64,000 nt of DNA. It comes from Eubacteriales bacterium. GTDB lineage: Bacteria; Bacillota; Clostridia; Oscillospirales; CAG-382. The notes beneath the pieces were generated by a model, which ran no database searches, had not been told where the DNA came from, and saw only the letters and a program-made list of their open reading frames with translations. The position numbers and the translations under genes are program-made. This document shows, in pieces, positions 25,993 to 35,500 of this stretch. The stretch spans positions 260-64,259 of the forward strand of contig JAZNUB010000045.1 in NCBI GenBank assembly GCA_045592105.1, written 5' to 3'. Numbering within the stretch: position 1 is the stretch's first letter; every line of letters begins with the position of its first letter.

Positions 25993-26256
25993 ATGAGATA
26001 CAGCTATAAAACACGCGGTGTTTGCTCTTCCGAGATATCGTTTGATATGGATGAAAACGGCATCGTTACCAACGTTAGATTTGTTGGCGGCTGCAACGGC
26101 AACCTTAAAGCGATATCAAGCTTGGTAAACGGATGGAATTATAAAGACATTGTTGAGAGAACCAAGGGCAATACTTGCGGCCCGCGTCCTACCTCCTGTG
26201 CGGACCAGTTTGCTTTGGCGCTTCAGGCGGCGGCAGAGAAAGCGGGGCTTTTGTAA
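25993..26256 (+). CDS. TIGR03905-type four-Cys TSCPD-domain small protein
   Basis: 87 aa starting at MRYSYKTRGVCSSEI, with the motifs GVCS, GGCNGN, TCG and SCADQ. The upstream extension in the ORF track lacks an RBS. Confidence 0.8.
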   Translation: MRYSYKTRGVCSSEISFDMDENGIVTNVRFVGGCNGNLKAISSLVNGWNYKDIVERTKGNTCGPRPTSCADQFALALQAAAEKAGLL

Positions 26257-26966
26257 TGACCTTTTCGCTAAGTTTTGATTTCAGCGCACCTGCGTTGGCA
26301 AAAAAATACGCTCAAACGGCTAAACGGCTGTATGCCGATTTTAACGAGTATATGGACAGCGTTAAAAAGCGTGACCCTGCGGCTGTTAGCAACGCGCAGA
26401 TAATGCTTTTGTATTCGGGCGTTCACGCAGTTGCGGCGCATCGTATAGCGCACGCATTATATAACAAGGGCTATGTTTTTGCGGCGCGTGCCGTATCACA
26501 GATAGCAAGGCATTTTACGGGGATAGAGATACACCCTGCCGCAAGAATTGGCAAGTGCCTGTTTATCGACCACGGTATGGGCGTTGTTATAGGTGAAACT
26601 GCCGAGATAGGCAATTACTGCACTATATATCAGGGCGCAACGCTTGGCGGTACGGGGAAGGACACGGGCAAACGCCACCCAACGCTTGGCGATAACGTTA
26701 TGGTTGGTGCGGGTGCCAAGGTGTTAGGCCCCTTCACGGTGGGCAACGGTGCGAAGATAGCCTCCGGTGCGGTGGTGCTTTGCAAGGTGCCCGATGAAAC
26801 AACGGCGGTTGGGATACCAGCAAAGCCTGTTAATAAAAGTAAGGACAGCAGCGGCAATCTTGACCAGATACATATACCCGACCCTGTTAACCAAATGATA
26901 AAAGCGCTTGAGGAGCGCATCTTGGAGCTTGAAAAAGAGATTAATGCCTTAAACGGCAATAAATAA
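26256..26966 (+). CDS. cysE: Serine O-acetyltransferase
   Basis: The start was trimmed to ATG 26256, which overlaps the upstream stop as TAATG. It has an SATase N-terminal region and hexapeptide repeats (DHGMGVVIGETAEIGNYCTIYQGATLGG). Confidence 0.9.
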   Translation: MTFSLSFDFSAPALAKKYAQTAKRLYADFNEYMDSVKKRDPAAVSNAQIMLLYSGVHAVAAHRIAHALYNKGYVFAARAVSQIARHFTGIEIHPAARIGKCLFIDHGMGVVIGETAEIGNYCTIYQGATLGGTGKDTGKRHPTLGDNVMVGAGAKVLGPFTVGNGAKIASGAVVLCKVPDETTAVGIPAKPVNKSKDSSGNLDQIHIPDPVNQMIKALEERILELEKEINALNGNK

Positions 26967-26977
26967 AAGGTGATTAT

Positions 26978-29251
26978 ATGATATTTGATGGCGCAAAATG
27001 GATAAGCAACGGCGTAAGAGAATACGTTGGCACCGTTGAGGGTGTGCGTGCTAACCCCGCACCGTATTTTCGCAAGGATTTTACCGTGGATAAAGGGCTT
27101 GTTAAAGCAACGCTTTACGCAACTGCAAAGGGCGTTTACGAGGCGTATGTGAACGATACCTTCGCGGGGGACGAGCTTTTTACACCCGGCTTTACCAACT
27201 ATAACAAGCTGATACTGTTTCAGGAATATGACGTTACGGAGAAGCTGCACAAGGGCAAAAACACTTTCGGCGCGGTAGTGTCGGAGGGGTGGTATGCAGG
27301 GCACATTGCGTTTCAGAAGCGGCAGTATTTCGGCGCTTGGCCCGTTTGCCTGCTTATGAAGCTTGTGCTTGAATACAAGAACGGCCGCATAGAAGAAATA
27401 GTTACGGACAGCAGCTTTAAAACCACCACGGGCAGAATACTTGCCAGCAGTATACTTGACGGCGAGGTTGTTGATAACCGCCTGCCCGAAAGCTATGAGA
27501 TGTTTTCCTCCGGTATGAACGTGGACGAGTGGGACAATGCCACCGAGGAGGGAAGTGACTTTTCGTTGCTTGCCCCGCAGGAGGAGGAGCCTGTTCGTTT
27601 CTGCCACCGTTTAAAGGGTGTGTGCATCGGGCACGATAGGGGTGATATCTACGATTTCGGTCAGAACGCGGCAGGCGTTTTGTACCTTAACGTTAAGGCT
27701 GATGAGGACACTAAGATTACGCTTCGCCACGCCGAGATGATGGATGGTGACAAGCTTTATACCGCAAACCTGCGCCTTGCAAGGTGTGAGGACGTTTTCT
27801 ATTGCCGCGGCGGCAGGCAGATACTAACGCCCACCTTTACCTTCCACGGCTTCCGCTATGCCGAGGTTATAGTGGAGGGCGGCGATGCAAAGGTTACGGA
27901 TATATTCTTTAACGTTTGTCATAACGACCTTACGCGTACCGGTGAATTTGATTGTTCAAGCGAGCTTATCAATAAAATATATACCAACACGCTATGGAGC
28001 CAGCGCAGTAACTTCCTTTCCGTGCCTACGGATTGCCCGCAAAGGGATGAACGCCTTGGTTGGACGGGGGATGCACAGATATTCTGTGTTAGCGCAATGT
28101 ATAACGCGGATTGCAAGCGTTTCTTGGCGCGCTATCTGCGTGATATAAGGCTTGACCAGCGCGATAACGGTGCAGTAACCGACATAGCGCCCGACCTTTT
28201 GGGGCTTACGGGTGAGGGAACGGCCGCTTGGGGTGATGCGGTTTGCGTTATCCCCTATAACCACTACGTTATGTACGGCGACCTTACCATACTTGAGGAC
28301 AATATAGAGGCTATGAAAAAGTGGGTTGAGTATCTGCGTACCCACAGCACTAATCTTATAAGACCTGCCGAGGGGTACGGAGATTGGCTTTCCGTATACG
28401 AGGAAACGGATAAGAGCGTGCTTGCCACCGCGTATTTTGCATACAGCACCTTGCTAACCGCAAAAAGCCTTGACTATTTGGGTGAGGACAGCGAGTATTA
28501 TTACGAACTGTACGAGCAGGTTAAGCAAGCGTTTAACGCGGAGTTTGTGGACGAACAGGGGATGATAAGAAGCGATACGCAAACCTGCTATCTGCTGGCT
28601 TTAAACTTTGGGCTTTGTGACGATAGGGAAGGCTGCTTTGCACACCTGCTTCGCACGCTTGAAAGGCGCGATAACCACCTTACCACGGGCTTTGTGGGCG
28701 TTAGCCTGCTGTTGCCCACGCTTTGCGAGTTTGGGCGCGAGGATTTGGCGTATGCGCTTATCCTTTCTACTGACTATCCTTCCTGGGGCTTCTCCGTTAA
28801 AAACGGTGCCACCACGATATGGGAGCGTTGGAACAGCTACACGCCCGAAAACGGCTTTGGCGACGTTGGTATGAACTCCTTTAACCACTATTCCTTGGGC
28901 TCCTGCGTACAATGGATGTATTCGTATATGCTTGGTATCAAGCCCGATGAAAGCGCGCCGGGCTTTGAAAAGCTTATAATCAAGCCTGTTACAGACCCCT
29001 TGCATAGGGTAACAAACGCTTGCGGCCACTACGATAGCGAGTGCGGCAGGATAGACGTTGATTGGACGGACGAAAACGGTATAGTAACGCTTAACGTATA
29101 CAAGCCTGCGGATATGAGCGTTAACGTTGATATCAAGGGCGATATCGTTTCCGTTGCGGTAGACGGTGAAGCCGCAACGCTTTCTATGGTAGCGGGTGCA
29201 GAGGAAATAACCATAAAATACAGACCGCAACACGGAGGTATAGAGCTATGA
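26978..29251 (+). CDS. Alpha-L-rhamnosidase (GH78)
   Basis: 757 aa with an N-terminal APYFRKDF motif and the catalytic-domain motif DCPQRDERLGWTGD typical of GH78. Confidence 0.9.
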   Translation: MIFDGAKWISNGVREYVGTVEGVRANPAPYFRKDFTVDKGLVKATLYATAKGVYEAYVNDTFAGDELFTPGFTNYNKLILFQEYDVTEKLHKGKNTFGAVVSEGWYAGHIAFQKRQYFGAWPVCLLMKLVLEYKNGRIEEIVTDSSFKTTTGRILASSILDGEVVDNRLPESYEMFSSGMNVDEWDNATEEGSDFSLLAPQEEEPVRFCHRLKGVCIGHDRGDIYDFGQNAAGVLYLNVKADEDTKITLRHAEMMDGDKLYTANLRLARCEDVFYCRGGRQILTPTFTFHGFRYAEVIVEGGDAKVTDIFFNVCHNDLTRTGEFDCSSELINKIYTNTLWSQRSNFLSVPTDCPQRDERLGWTGDAQIFCVSAMYNADCKRFLARYLRDIRLDQRDNGAVTDIAPDLLGLTGEGTAAWGDAVCVIPYNHYVMYGDLTILEDNIEAMKKWVEYLRTHSTNLIRPAEGYGDWLSVYEETDKSVLATAYFAYSTLLTAKSLDYLGEDSEYYYELYEQVKQAFNAEFVDEQGMIRSDTQTCYLLALNFGLCDDREGCFAHLLRTLERRDNHLTTGFVGVSLLLPTLCEFGREDLAYALILSTDYPSWGFSVKNGATTIWERWNSYTPENGFGDVGMNSFNHYSLGSCVQWMYSYMLGIKPDESAPGFEKLIIKPVTDPLHRVTNACGHYDSECGRIDVDWTDENGIVTLNVYKPADMSVNVDIKGDIVSVAVDGEAATLSMVAGAEEITIKYRPQHGGIEL

Positions 29252-30117
29252 AATATATTGTAATGGATATAGGCGGCACTTTTATAAAGCACGCCGTTAT
29301 GGACGAAAACTATGTGGAAACCGAGGCGGCTGCTTGGCCTACCGAAAAGGACCCCGAAAAGTTTTTGGCACAGCTTGTTGAGGTTATCAAAAGCCACGGA
29401 GAGGGATATGGCGGCGTTGCTATCTCTATGGCGGGCTTTATAAACCCCGTTACAAGCGAGAATACCGATTTCGGCTGTAGCGAGCGTTTTACAAAGTACA
29501 ACCTGCGCCAAAAGCTTAACGAGCTTACGGGGTACCGTATCTCGGTTGAGAACGACAGTAACTGTGCCGCGCTTGCGGAATTAGAGTTTGGCGCGTGCAA
29601 GGGCTGTAAGACCGTTGCTGTTATGACGGTTGGCACAGGCATAGGCGGTGCCGTTATAGTGGATGGCAAGCTTTTCCGCGGTAAAAGCTTTAAGGCGGGT
29701 GAATACGGATTTGCGCTGACGAGCTACACCTTGGAGGACGGTAAGATAGTTCCGCACTACGCAAAGGCAACAAGCGCGCTTGTTCAGCGTTGCTCCGATG
29801 CGCTTGGCAAAACGGTGGACGGTATTTACATATTCGATAATTTGGACAGTAATCCGATAATCAAGGAGATATACACGGCTTGGCTTGCTGATATAGCCGT
29901 TTGCATAGGCAACGTTTGCGTTGCGCTTGACCCCGAAAAGTTTTTGGTAGGCGGTGCGGTAAGCACTCAAAAGCGTTTTATGGATGACCTTAAAGCGGCT
30001 GTATACGGCGGGTTCGACCAGCTTGAGAACTACACGGTTATAGAGCCTTGCTCTATGGGCAACAACGCAGGCAAGGTTGGCGCTTTAAAGATATTTTTTG
30101 ATAATTACGGCAAATAA
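29248..30117 (+). CDS. ROK family sugar kinase (BglK-like beta-glucoside kinase candidate)
   Basis: 289 aa with the motifs DIGGTFIK, ENDSNCAALAE and GTGIGGA. It overlaps the rhamnosidase gene by 4 nt. Confidence 0.85.
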   Translation: MKYIVMDIGGTFIKHAVMDENYVETEAAAWPTEKDPEKFLAQLVEVIKSHGEGYGGVAISMAGFINPVTSENTDFGCSERFTKYNLRQKLNELTGYRISVENDSNCAALAELEFGACKGCKTVAVMTVGTGIGGAVIVDGKLFRGKSFKAGEYGFALTSYTLEDGKIVPHYAKATSALVQRCSDALGKTVDGIYIFDNLDSNPIIKEIYTAWLADIAVCIGNVCVALDPEKFLVGGAVSTQKRFMDDLKAAVYGGFDQLENYTVIEPCSMGNNAGKVGALKIFFDNYGK

Positions 30118-30161
30118 AATAACTGCTTCGCACATAATGCGAACGAAAGGATGGTACATAT

Positions 30162-31517
30162 ATGGGTGTTAAAATAGTAACTATAGGCGGCGGTTCTTCC
30201 TATACTCCTGAGCTTGTGGAGGGCTTTATTAAGCGTTATGACCGTTTGCCTGTGGACGAGCTTTGGCTTGTAGACATTGAGGAGGGCAAGGAAAAGCTGG
30301 ATATCGTTTCCGCGCTTGCACGCAGACAGATAGAGAAGGCAGGGCTTCCCATCAAGCTTTACACCACTCTTGATAGGAGAGAGGCGCTTCCCGGTGCGGA
30401 TTTCGTTACCACGCAGATGCGTGTGGGCTTGCTTGATGCGCGTATTAAGGACGAGCGTATTCCTTTAAGCCACGGCGTTTTAGGGCAGGAAACTAACGGC
30501 GCGGGCGGCTTGTTTAAGGGCTTGCGTACTATCCCCGTGATACTTGACATTTGTAAGGACATAAAAGAGCTTTGCCCCGATGCGTGGCTTATCAACTTTA
30601 CCAACCCCGCCGGTATGGTAACCGAGGCGGTTTATCGTTACGGCGAACACAAGAAGGCAATAGGTCTTTGTAACGTGCCTATCAATATGCACATGAGCAT
30701 AGCTGAGATAGTTGGCAGACCTACCGATGAGGTAGAGGTTCATTTCGGCGGCCTTAACCACATGGTATACGCTACCAAGGTTTTGGTAGACGGTGAGGAC
30801 AAAACTGCAGAGGTGCTTGACAAATGGGGCACTATGAGTATGAACAACATCAAGGGCATAAGCTGGCACAAGGGCTTTGTTGATGCGCTTGGCGTTATCC
30901 CCTGCCCGTATCACCGTTACTTCTTTATGGCTAAGGAATACCTTGAAGAAGCTATCGAAAAGTGGGAGCATAACGGTACCCGTGCAGAAACCGTTAAGCA
31001 GGTTGAAACCGAGCTTTTCGAGATATACAAGAACCCCGAGCTTAACGAAAAGCCGGAGCTGCTTTCCAAGCGTGGCGGCGCGTATTATAGCGACGCGGCT
31101 TGTAACCTTATCTGCTCCATTTACAGCGACAAGGGCGATATTCAGGTTGTAAACACGCTTAACACAGGCAGGGCAATAGAAAACTTTGAAGAGGATGAGG
31201 TTGTAGAGGTAAGCTGCCGCATCACTAAGGACGGCCCCATACCGCTTAAGATAGGCGCGCTTCCCAAGGCAACCAACGGCTTGGCACAGCAGATCAAGTG
31301 CTTTGAGATCGCTTCCGTTGAGGCTGCCGTTAGCGGTGACTACAACAAGGCGCTTCTTGCAATGATGATTAACCCGCTTGTAGCAAGCCAGAAGTACGGC
31401 GTGCCGATTCTTGAGGAGCTGCTTTGGGCGCACCGCAAGTATCTGCCTCAGTTTGAGGGCTGGTTTGCTGAAAAGGAAGCCGAAAAAGCCAACGAGGAGA
31501 ACAAGGCTGATGAGTGA
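30162..31517 (+). CDS. GH4 family 6-phospho-beta-glucosidase (CelF/LicH-like)
   Basis: 451 aa. It has an NAD-binding N-terminus (IVTIGGGSSYTPE) and the motifs GLCNVP and NFTNPAG. Confidence 0.88.
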   Translation: MGVKIVTIGGGSSYTPELVEGFIKRYDRLPVDELWLVDIEEGKEKLDIVSALARRQIEKAGLPIKLYTTLDRREALPGADFVTTQMRVGLLDARIKDERIPLSHGVLGQETNGAGGLFKGLRTIPVILDICKDIKELCPDAWLINFTNPAGMVTEAVYRYGEHKKAIGLCNVPINMHMSIAEIVGRPTDEVEVHFGGLNHMVYATKVLVDGEDKTAEVLDKWGTMSMNNIKGISWHKGFVDALGVIPCPYHRYFFMAKEYLEEAIEKWEHNGTRAETVKQVETELFEIYKNPELNEKPELLSKRGGAYYSDAACNLICSIYSDKGDIQVVNTLNTGRAIENFEEDEVVEVSCRITKDGPIPLKIGALPKATNGLAQQIKCFEIASVEAAVSGDYNKALLAMMINPLVASQKYGVPILEELLWAHRKYLPQFEGWFAEKEAEKANEENKADE

Positions 31518-32757
31518 GATTAGAGATATATCTCTCCACGAAAGCGGAGAGATGAAGATAAACTGGGTTAAAAGCAATATGCCCCTGCTTCGCTCTATTG
31601 AGGCGGAGTTTGAGCGTGACAAGCCCTTTAAAGGGCTGAAGGTTGCGCTTTCCATCCACCTTGAGGCAAAAACCGCGTACCTTTGCCGCGTGCTTGCCGC
31701 AGGCGGTGCAGAGATGTATATTACAGGCAGTAACCCCCTTTCCACGCAGGATGACGTTGCGGCGGCGCTTGTTAAGGGCGGCTTAAACGTGTATGCGTGG
31801 CACGGTGCTACCGAGGAGGAGTATAAGCGCCACATTAGCTATGTTGTAGAGGCAGGCCCCAACATTATTATTGATGACGGTGGGGACCTTGTTAGCCTTA
31901 TACATAACGAATACCCTCAGCTTATCCCCGCAGTTCTTGGCGGCTGTGAGGAAACCACAACGGGCATTATAAGGCTTAAATCTATGGCTAAGGACGGCTC
32001 CTTAAAATTTCCGATGGTGCTTGTAAACAACGCTAACTGCAAGTATTTGTTTGATAACCGCTACGGCACGGGGCAATCCGTGTGGGACGGTATCAACCGC
32101 ACCACCAACCTTATAGTTGCCGGCAAAAACGTTGTTGTTGCGGGCTACGGCTGGTGCGGCAAGGGCGTTGCAAAGCGTGCGGCAGGGCTTGGCGCATCCG
32201 TTATAGTAACTGAGATAGACCCCATAAAGGCGATAGAGGCTGTTATGGATGGCTTTAAGGTTATGAAAATGCGCGATGCCGCAAAGGTAGGCGATTTCTT
32301 CGTTACGGTAACAGGCTGCAGCGGCGTTATAAGCGAGGGCGATTTCCTTAATATGAAGGATGGCGCAATCCTTTGCAACGCAGGCCACTTTAATGTTGAG
32401 GTTGATATGGCAAGGCTTGCGGAAATGGCTGTTTCCGTTAAAGAGTGCCGCAACAACATAAACGGCTACACGCTTGAAAACGGCAACACTCTTAACGTAA
32501 TAGCAGAGGGCAGGCTTGTAAACCTTGCAGCAGGAGATGGGCACCCCGCAGAAATTATGGATATGAGCTTTGCAATACAGGCGCTAAGCGCAAGATATAT
32601 AGCCGAGAATGCAAAGAATTTGCAGGCGGGCACCGTGGACGTACCCGAAGTGATAGACAAGCGCGTTGCGGCTATGAAGCTTACCGCATGGGGCGTTGAA
32701 ATAGATAAGCTAACGCCTGAGCAGGAAAAGTACCTTAGCAGTTGGGATTTGGGCTGA
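31510..32757 (+). CDS. ahcY: Adenosylhomocysteinase
   Basis: The start was trimmed to MSEIRDISL (ATG 31510), which overlaps the GH4 stop region by 8 nt. The NAD motif VAGYGWCGKGVA is present and the overall pattern is SAHH-like. Confidence 0.93.
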   Translation: MSEIRDISLHESGEMKINWVKSNMPLLRSIEAEFERDKPFKGLKVALSIHLEAKTAYLCRVLAAGGAEMYITGSNPLSTQDDVAAALVKGGLNVYAWHGATEEEYKRHISYVVEAGPNIIIDDGGDLVSLIHNEYPQLIPAVLGGCEETTTGIIRLKSMAKDGSLKFPMVLVNNANCKYLFDNRYGTGQSVWDGINRTTNLIVAGKNVVVAGYGWCGKGVAKRAAGLGASVIVTEIDPIKAIEAVMDGFKVMKMRDAAKVGDFFVTVTGCSGVISEGDFLNMKDGAILCNAGHFNVEVDMARLAEMAVSVKECRNNINGYTLENGNTLNVIAEGRLVNLAAGDGHPAEIMDMSFAIQALSARYIAENAKNLQAGTVDVPEVIDKRVAAMKLTAWGVEIDKLTPEQEKYLSSWDLG

Positions 32758-32801
32758 TTTATATTCAAGCAACAAAAAAATAAAAAAACGGAGGGACCAC
32801 A

Positions 32802-34160
32802 ATGAAAAGAACACTTAGTATGCTTCTTGTCGTTGCAATGGTAGTATCGTGTATGGCGTTTTTTGCAACATCGGCTTCTGCAGAAGTTGAAACCTACGAT
32901 ATTGGCGAGCTTACCGTTGTAAAGCTTAACGGGCTTTGGACAGAGCCTTCCACAAATGTGCTTGCCGTTTTCACCCCCGGTAACAACATGAACGGCAAGT
33001 ATTGGACAAAGATTTACGCAAGATACAACTCGGAGCTTGGTTGCTTCGTTGTTGAAGAGAAGATTGGTTGCCACCGCAATTATCCCAAGGTGGTTGAAAG
33101 TGGCTGTATAGGCATTATGCTTAACTACGCACCTCTTACCACCGCAGGCAGCGATATTGCAAAGGCAAACTGGCTTGTTTTCGACCGTATTAAGGTTGGC
33201 GATAGGCTTACCGTTAGCGGCATCAACTTCCTTAAGAAAACTCTTGAGGTTAGCGGCACCTTCGGCCAGCCCGATTTCGTTTCCAACGCTAAAATTAAGG
33301 TTACCGCCGTGCGCGATAAAAACGCGCCCAAAACTCCTTATTCCGACAAAACCATCGTTGCTATGGGTGACAGCGTTACCGTAGGCGGCGGCTGGACCTA
33401 TGACCTTGGCGATGCTATCGGTGCGGATATCATCAACAGCGGCTTCGGCGGCGATACCGCGCACGCATCTCTTTCTGCGCGCTACGATACCTACGTTGCG
33501 GCATACAACCCCGATATCGTTATCGTATCCTTTGGTATAAACGATGCCGCTTCTTCGCTTATCAAAAACGATTTGGCGGCAGGGCTTGCTCAGTACGAAA
33601 AGGCGCTTAGGGATATATATGCAAGGAACACCGCTATCGGTGCGAAAACCGTGTTTATGACGCCCAACAACGTAAACGTTGATTATTTCGATGGCCCTGC
33701 ATACGATGCATACGGCAGCTTCCAGGGCTGGTTGGATGTTTTTCTTGCTAAGATGAAAACCGTTGCAGAGGAATATAACTGCGTGTTTATAGACCTTTAT
33801 TCCGCTTGGAAGGAAGCAGGCTACGGCGCAGGCAAGGTAAACCTTGTTGATAACACCCACCCCACAGAGGTTGGTTACGACCTTAACCTTAGCGTTATGA
33901 TACCCGTATGGCAGTCTAATTACAACAAGCTTTGCGACTATGAAGGCGAATTTGATTTTAACGCAGAGCCCGTTGCGCTTCTTGGTGACGTAAACGGTGA
34001 CGGTGAGGTTGACAATATAGATGCATCCTTGATCCTTAAATATGATGCAGGTATTTTAGATGAAATCTCTAATGCGGACGTAAACGGTGACGGCGAGGTT
34101 GACAATATAGATGCTTCGCTTATCCTAAAATACGATGCAGGTATTCTTGAAGAGTTTTAA
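32802..34160 (+). CDS. Secreted SGNH/GDSL hydrolase (putative carbohydrate esterase) with an unknown N-terminal domain and a C-terminal dockerin
   Basis: A signal peptide is present. SGNH blocks are AMGDSVT, SGFGGDT, GINDA and DNTHPT. The dockerin has two almost identical halves, DVNGDGEVDNIDASLILKYDAGIL. Confidence 0.85.
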   Translation: MKRTLSMLLVVAMVVSCMAFFATSASAEVETYDIGELTVVKLNGLWTEPSTNVLAVFTPGNNMNGKYWTKIYARYNSELGCFVVEEKIGCHRNYPKVVESGCIGIMLNYAPLTTAGSDIAKANWLVFDRIKVGDRLTVSGINFLKKTLEVSGTFGQPDFVSNAKIKVTAVRDKNAPKTPYSDKTIVAMGDSVTVGGGWTYDLGDAIGADIINSGFGGDTAHASLSARYDTYVAAYNPDIVIVSFGINDAASSLIKNDLAAGLAQYEKALRDIYARNTAIGAKTVFMTPNNVNVDYFDGPAYDAYGSFQGWLDVFLAKMKTVAEEYNCVFIDLYSAWKEAGYGAGKVNLVDNTHPTEVGYDLNLSVMIPVWQSNYNKLCDYEGEFDFNAEPVALLGDVNGDGEVDNIDASLILKYDAGILDEISNADVNGDGEVDNIDASLILKYDAGILEEF

Positions 34161-34169
34161 ATAAAATAC

Positions 34170-34201
34170 AAACGGGTCGGCTCAACCAAGCCGACCCGTT
34201 T
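34170..34201. terminator. Bidirectional intrinsic terminator between the convergent esterase and anti-sigma genes
   Basis: aaacgggtcggct caacca agccgacccgttt forms a 13-bp stem with A/T-rich flanks on both sides. Confidence 0.85.
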
Positions 34202-34232
34202 ATATTACAATTCAGCAGAGAACAAATTTTGC

Positions 34233-35009
34233 TTATTTTCCTTGCGCGTCTTTACCGTGTTGCTTATCGTGGCTTTCTTCGTTGCCAAAGCCCTCGTGCC
34301 TGTTTTCGCCCTCAGGCTTGTTTTGACCGTGTTCGCCCTTGCCGTGCCCGATCATATCGTACATCTCGCGCATGGAAAGCTTTGCCGCTTCCTCCTCGGT
34401 AAGACTTACGTTTTCGCTTTTGGCTTTAAGGTAAGCGTTGTATTTGCCGTAAGACATACCGCTTTCGTGGGCGCGCTCAACGTCTTTTCGGTTGCCGCTT
34501 TCAACGTAAATACTGCTTGCTTCTGATTTGTTACAAAGTTTGTCAACCATATTTTTACGTTTAGCTTCGTTTTCATCAATAACGGTTATGCAAACAACCT
34601 GCTCATCCTTAATATGCGCCTCAATGCTTTCGTCGCTTAAAACGCGGTTTACCGCTTCGTTATAGTTTTTAAAACGCACGTTTATGCGTGATAAAAGCTC
34701 TTTACCTTCGTCGTTATAGGCGGAGGTGCCGATAACCGTGTCAAAACGGTTTACGGCAAGCTCTACCGATGAATTAACGTCTATGCTGATTACGGAAACA
34801 GGGGTGAAATACACGGCATAGCCCACAACGCCCAAAATCAAGGCAAGCACGCAGGCAGTGGCGGACACCACCAACCTTCTGTGCAAGGAACGCTTTTTGC
34901 CGCTTACGGCATATTTTTGTGCCATAAAGCGTTTTGTGCTTTCCTTAAGGCTGTCCTCAGCCGTTATAAGCTCAAAGGAATCTTTAATTGTGTTAGGCAA
35001 AGTGCTCAC
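34233..35009 (-). CDS. Putative single-pass anti-sigma factor with an extracytoplasmic domain and a His/Gly/Lys-rich tail
   Basis: 258 aa, overlapping the ECF sigma gene by 17 nt. It has one TM helix (LVVSATACVLALILGVVGYAVYF). The C-terminus reads GHGKGEHGQNKPEGENRHEGFGNEESHDKQHGKDAQGK. Confidence 0.65.
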   Translation of the reverse strand: MSTLPNTIKDSFELITAEDSLKESTKRFMAQKYAVSGKKRSLHRRLVVSATACVLALILGVVGYAVYFTPVSVISIDVNSSVELAVNRFDTVIGTSAYNDEGKELLSRINVRFKNYNEAVNRVLSDESIEAHIKDEQVVCITVIDENEAKRKNMVDKLCNKSEASSIYVESGNRKDVERAHESGMSYGKYNAYLKAKSENVSLTEEEAAKLSMREMYDMIGHGKGEHGQNKPEGENRHEGFGNEESHDKQHGKDAQGK

Positions 35010-35475
35010 CTCGCAATTCCGTTTGCAAAATTTGTTTGGCTCTGTTCAAAAGCGTGTATACGGTGTTTGTGTTCTTGTTTAAAATGCTTCCTATTTCGGG
35101 GGCGGTGTAGCCCTCGTAATAGTGCAGGTAGATGGGCACGCGATACTTCTCCGGCAGGGATAAAACCGCTTCCAAAACCTGCGAGCTGCCTTCGTCCAAG
35201 CATTCATAACGGTTTAAAACCGTTTCTATGGGCACGGTTTTGCTGCGGAAAAAGCTTTTTAGCAAATCCTTGCAGGCGTTCACCGTTACGCGTATTATCC
35301 ACGCTTTTTCGTGCTCTCGGCTTTCAAAGCTTTCTGTGCTTTGCGCGTACTTTAAGAACACCGTTTGGAAAATATCCTCGGTGTCATGATAGTTTTTTAA
35401 ATAAGTCATACAGATGCGATTAACGGTGTTTGCATACCTATCTATCGCAACCTCAACCTCTATCTCGCTTCGCAC
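34993..35475 (-). CDS. ECF-type RNA polymerase sigma-70 family factor
   Basis: 160 aa with a region 2 segment (EDIFQTVFLKY) and a region 4 HTH (APEIGSILNKNTNTVYTLLNRAKQIL). Confidence 0.88.
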   Translation of the reverse strand: MRSEIEVEVAIDRYANTVNRICMTYLKNYHDTEDIFQTVFLKYAQSTESFESREHEKAWIIRVTVNACKDLLKSFFRSKTVPIETVLNRYECLDEGSSQVLEAVLSLPEKYRVPIYLHYYEGYTAPEIGSILNKNTNTVYTLLNRAKQILQTELRGEHFA

Positions 35476-35500
35476 AGTTAAACCTCAACCTTAATCGTTA

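Noticed and set aside
30480-31835. A 451-aa minus-strand ORF spanning the GH4 and ahcY genes. Similar long antisense ORFs occur at 32466-33860, 47205-48515, 20215-21486, 15128-16123, 49311-50312, 26630-27607 and 10981-11784.
   Set aside because: Each one is opposite a confidently identified gene and crosses gene boundaries. None has an RBS or family motifs, and all have skewed, repetitive composition. I treat them as non-coding shadows. Their sheer number is probably a codon-usage effect, not a biological system.
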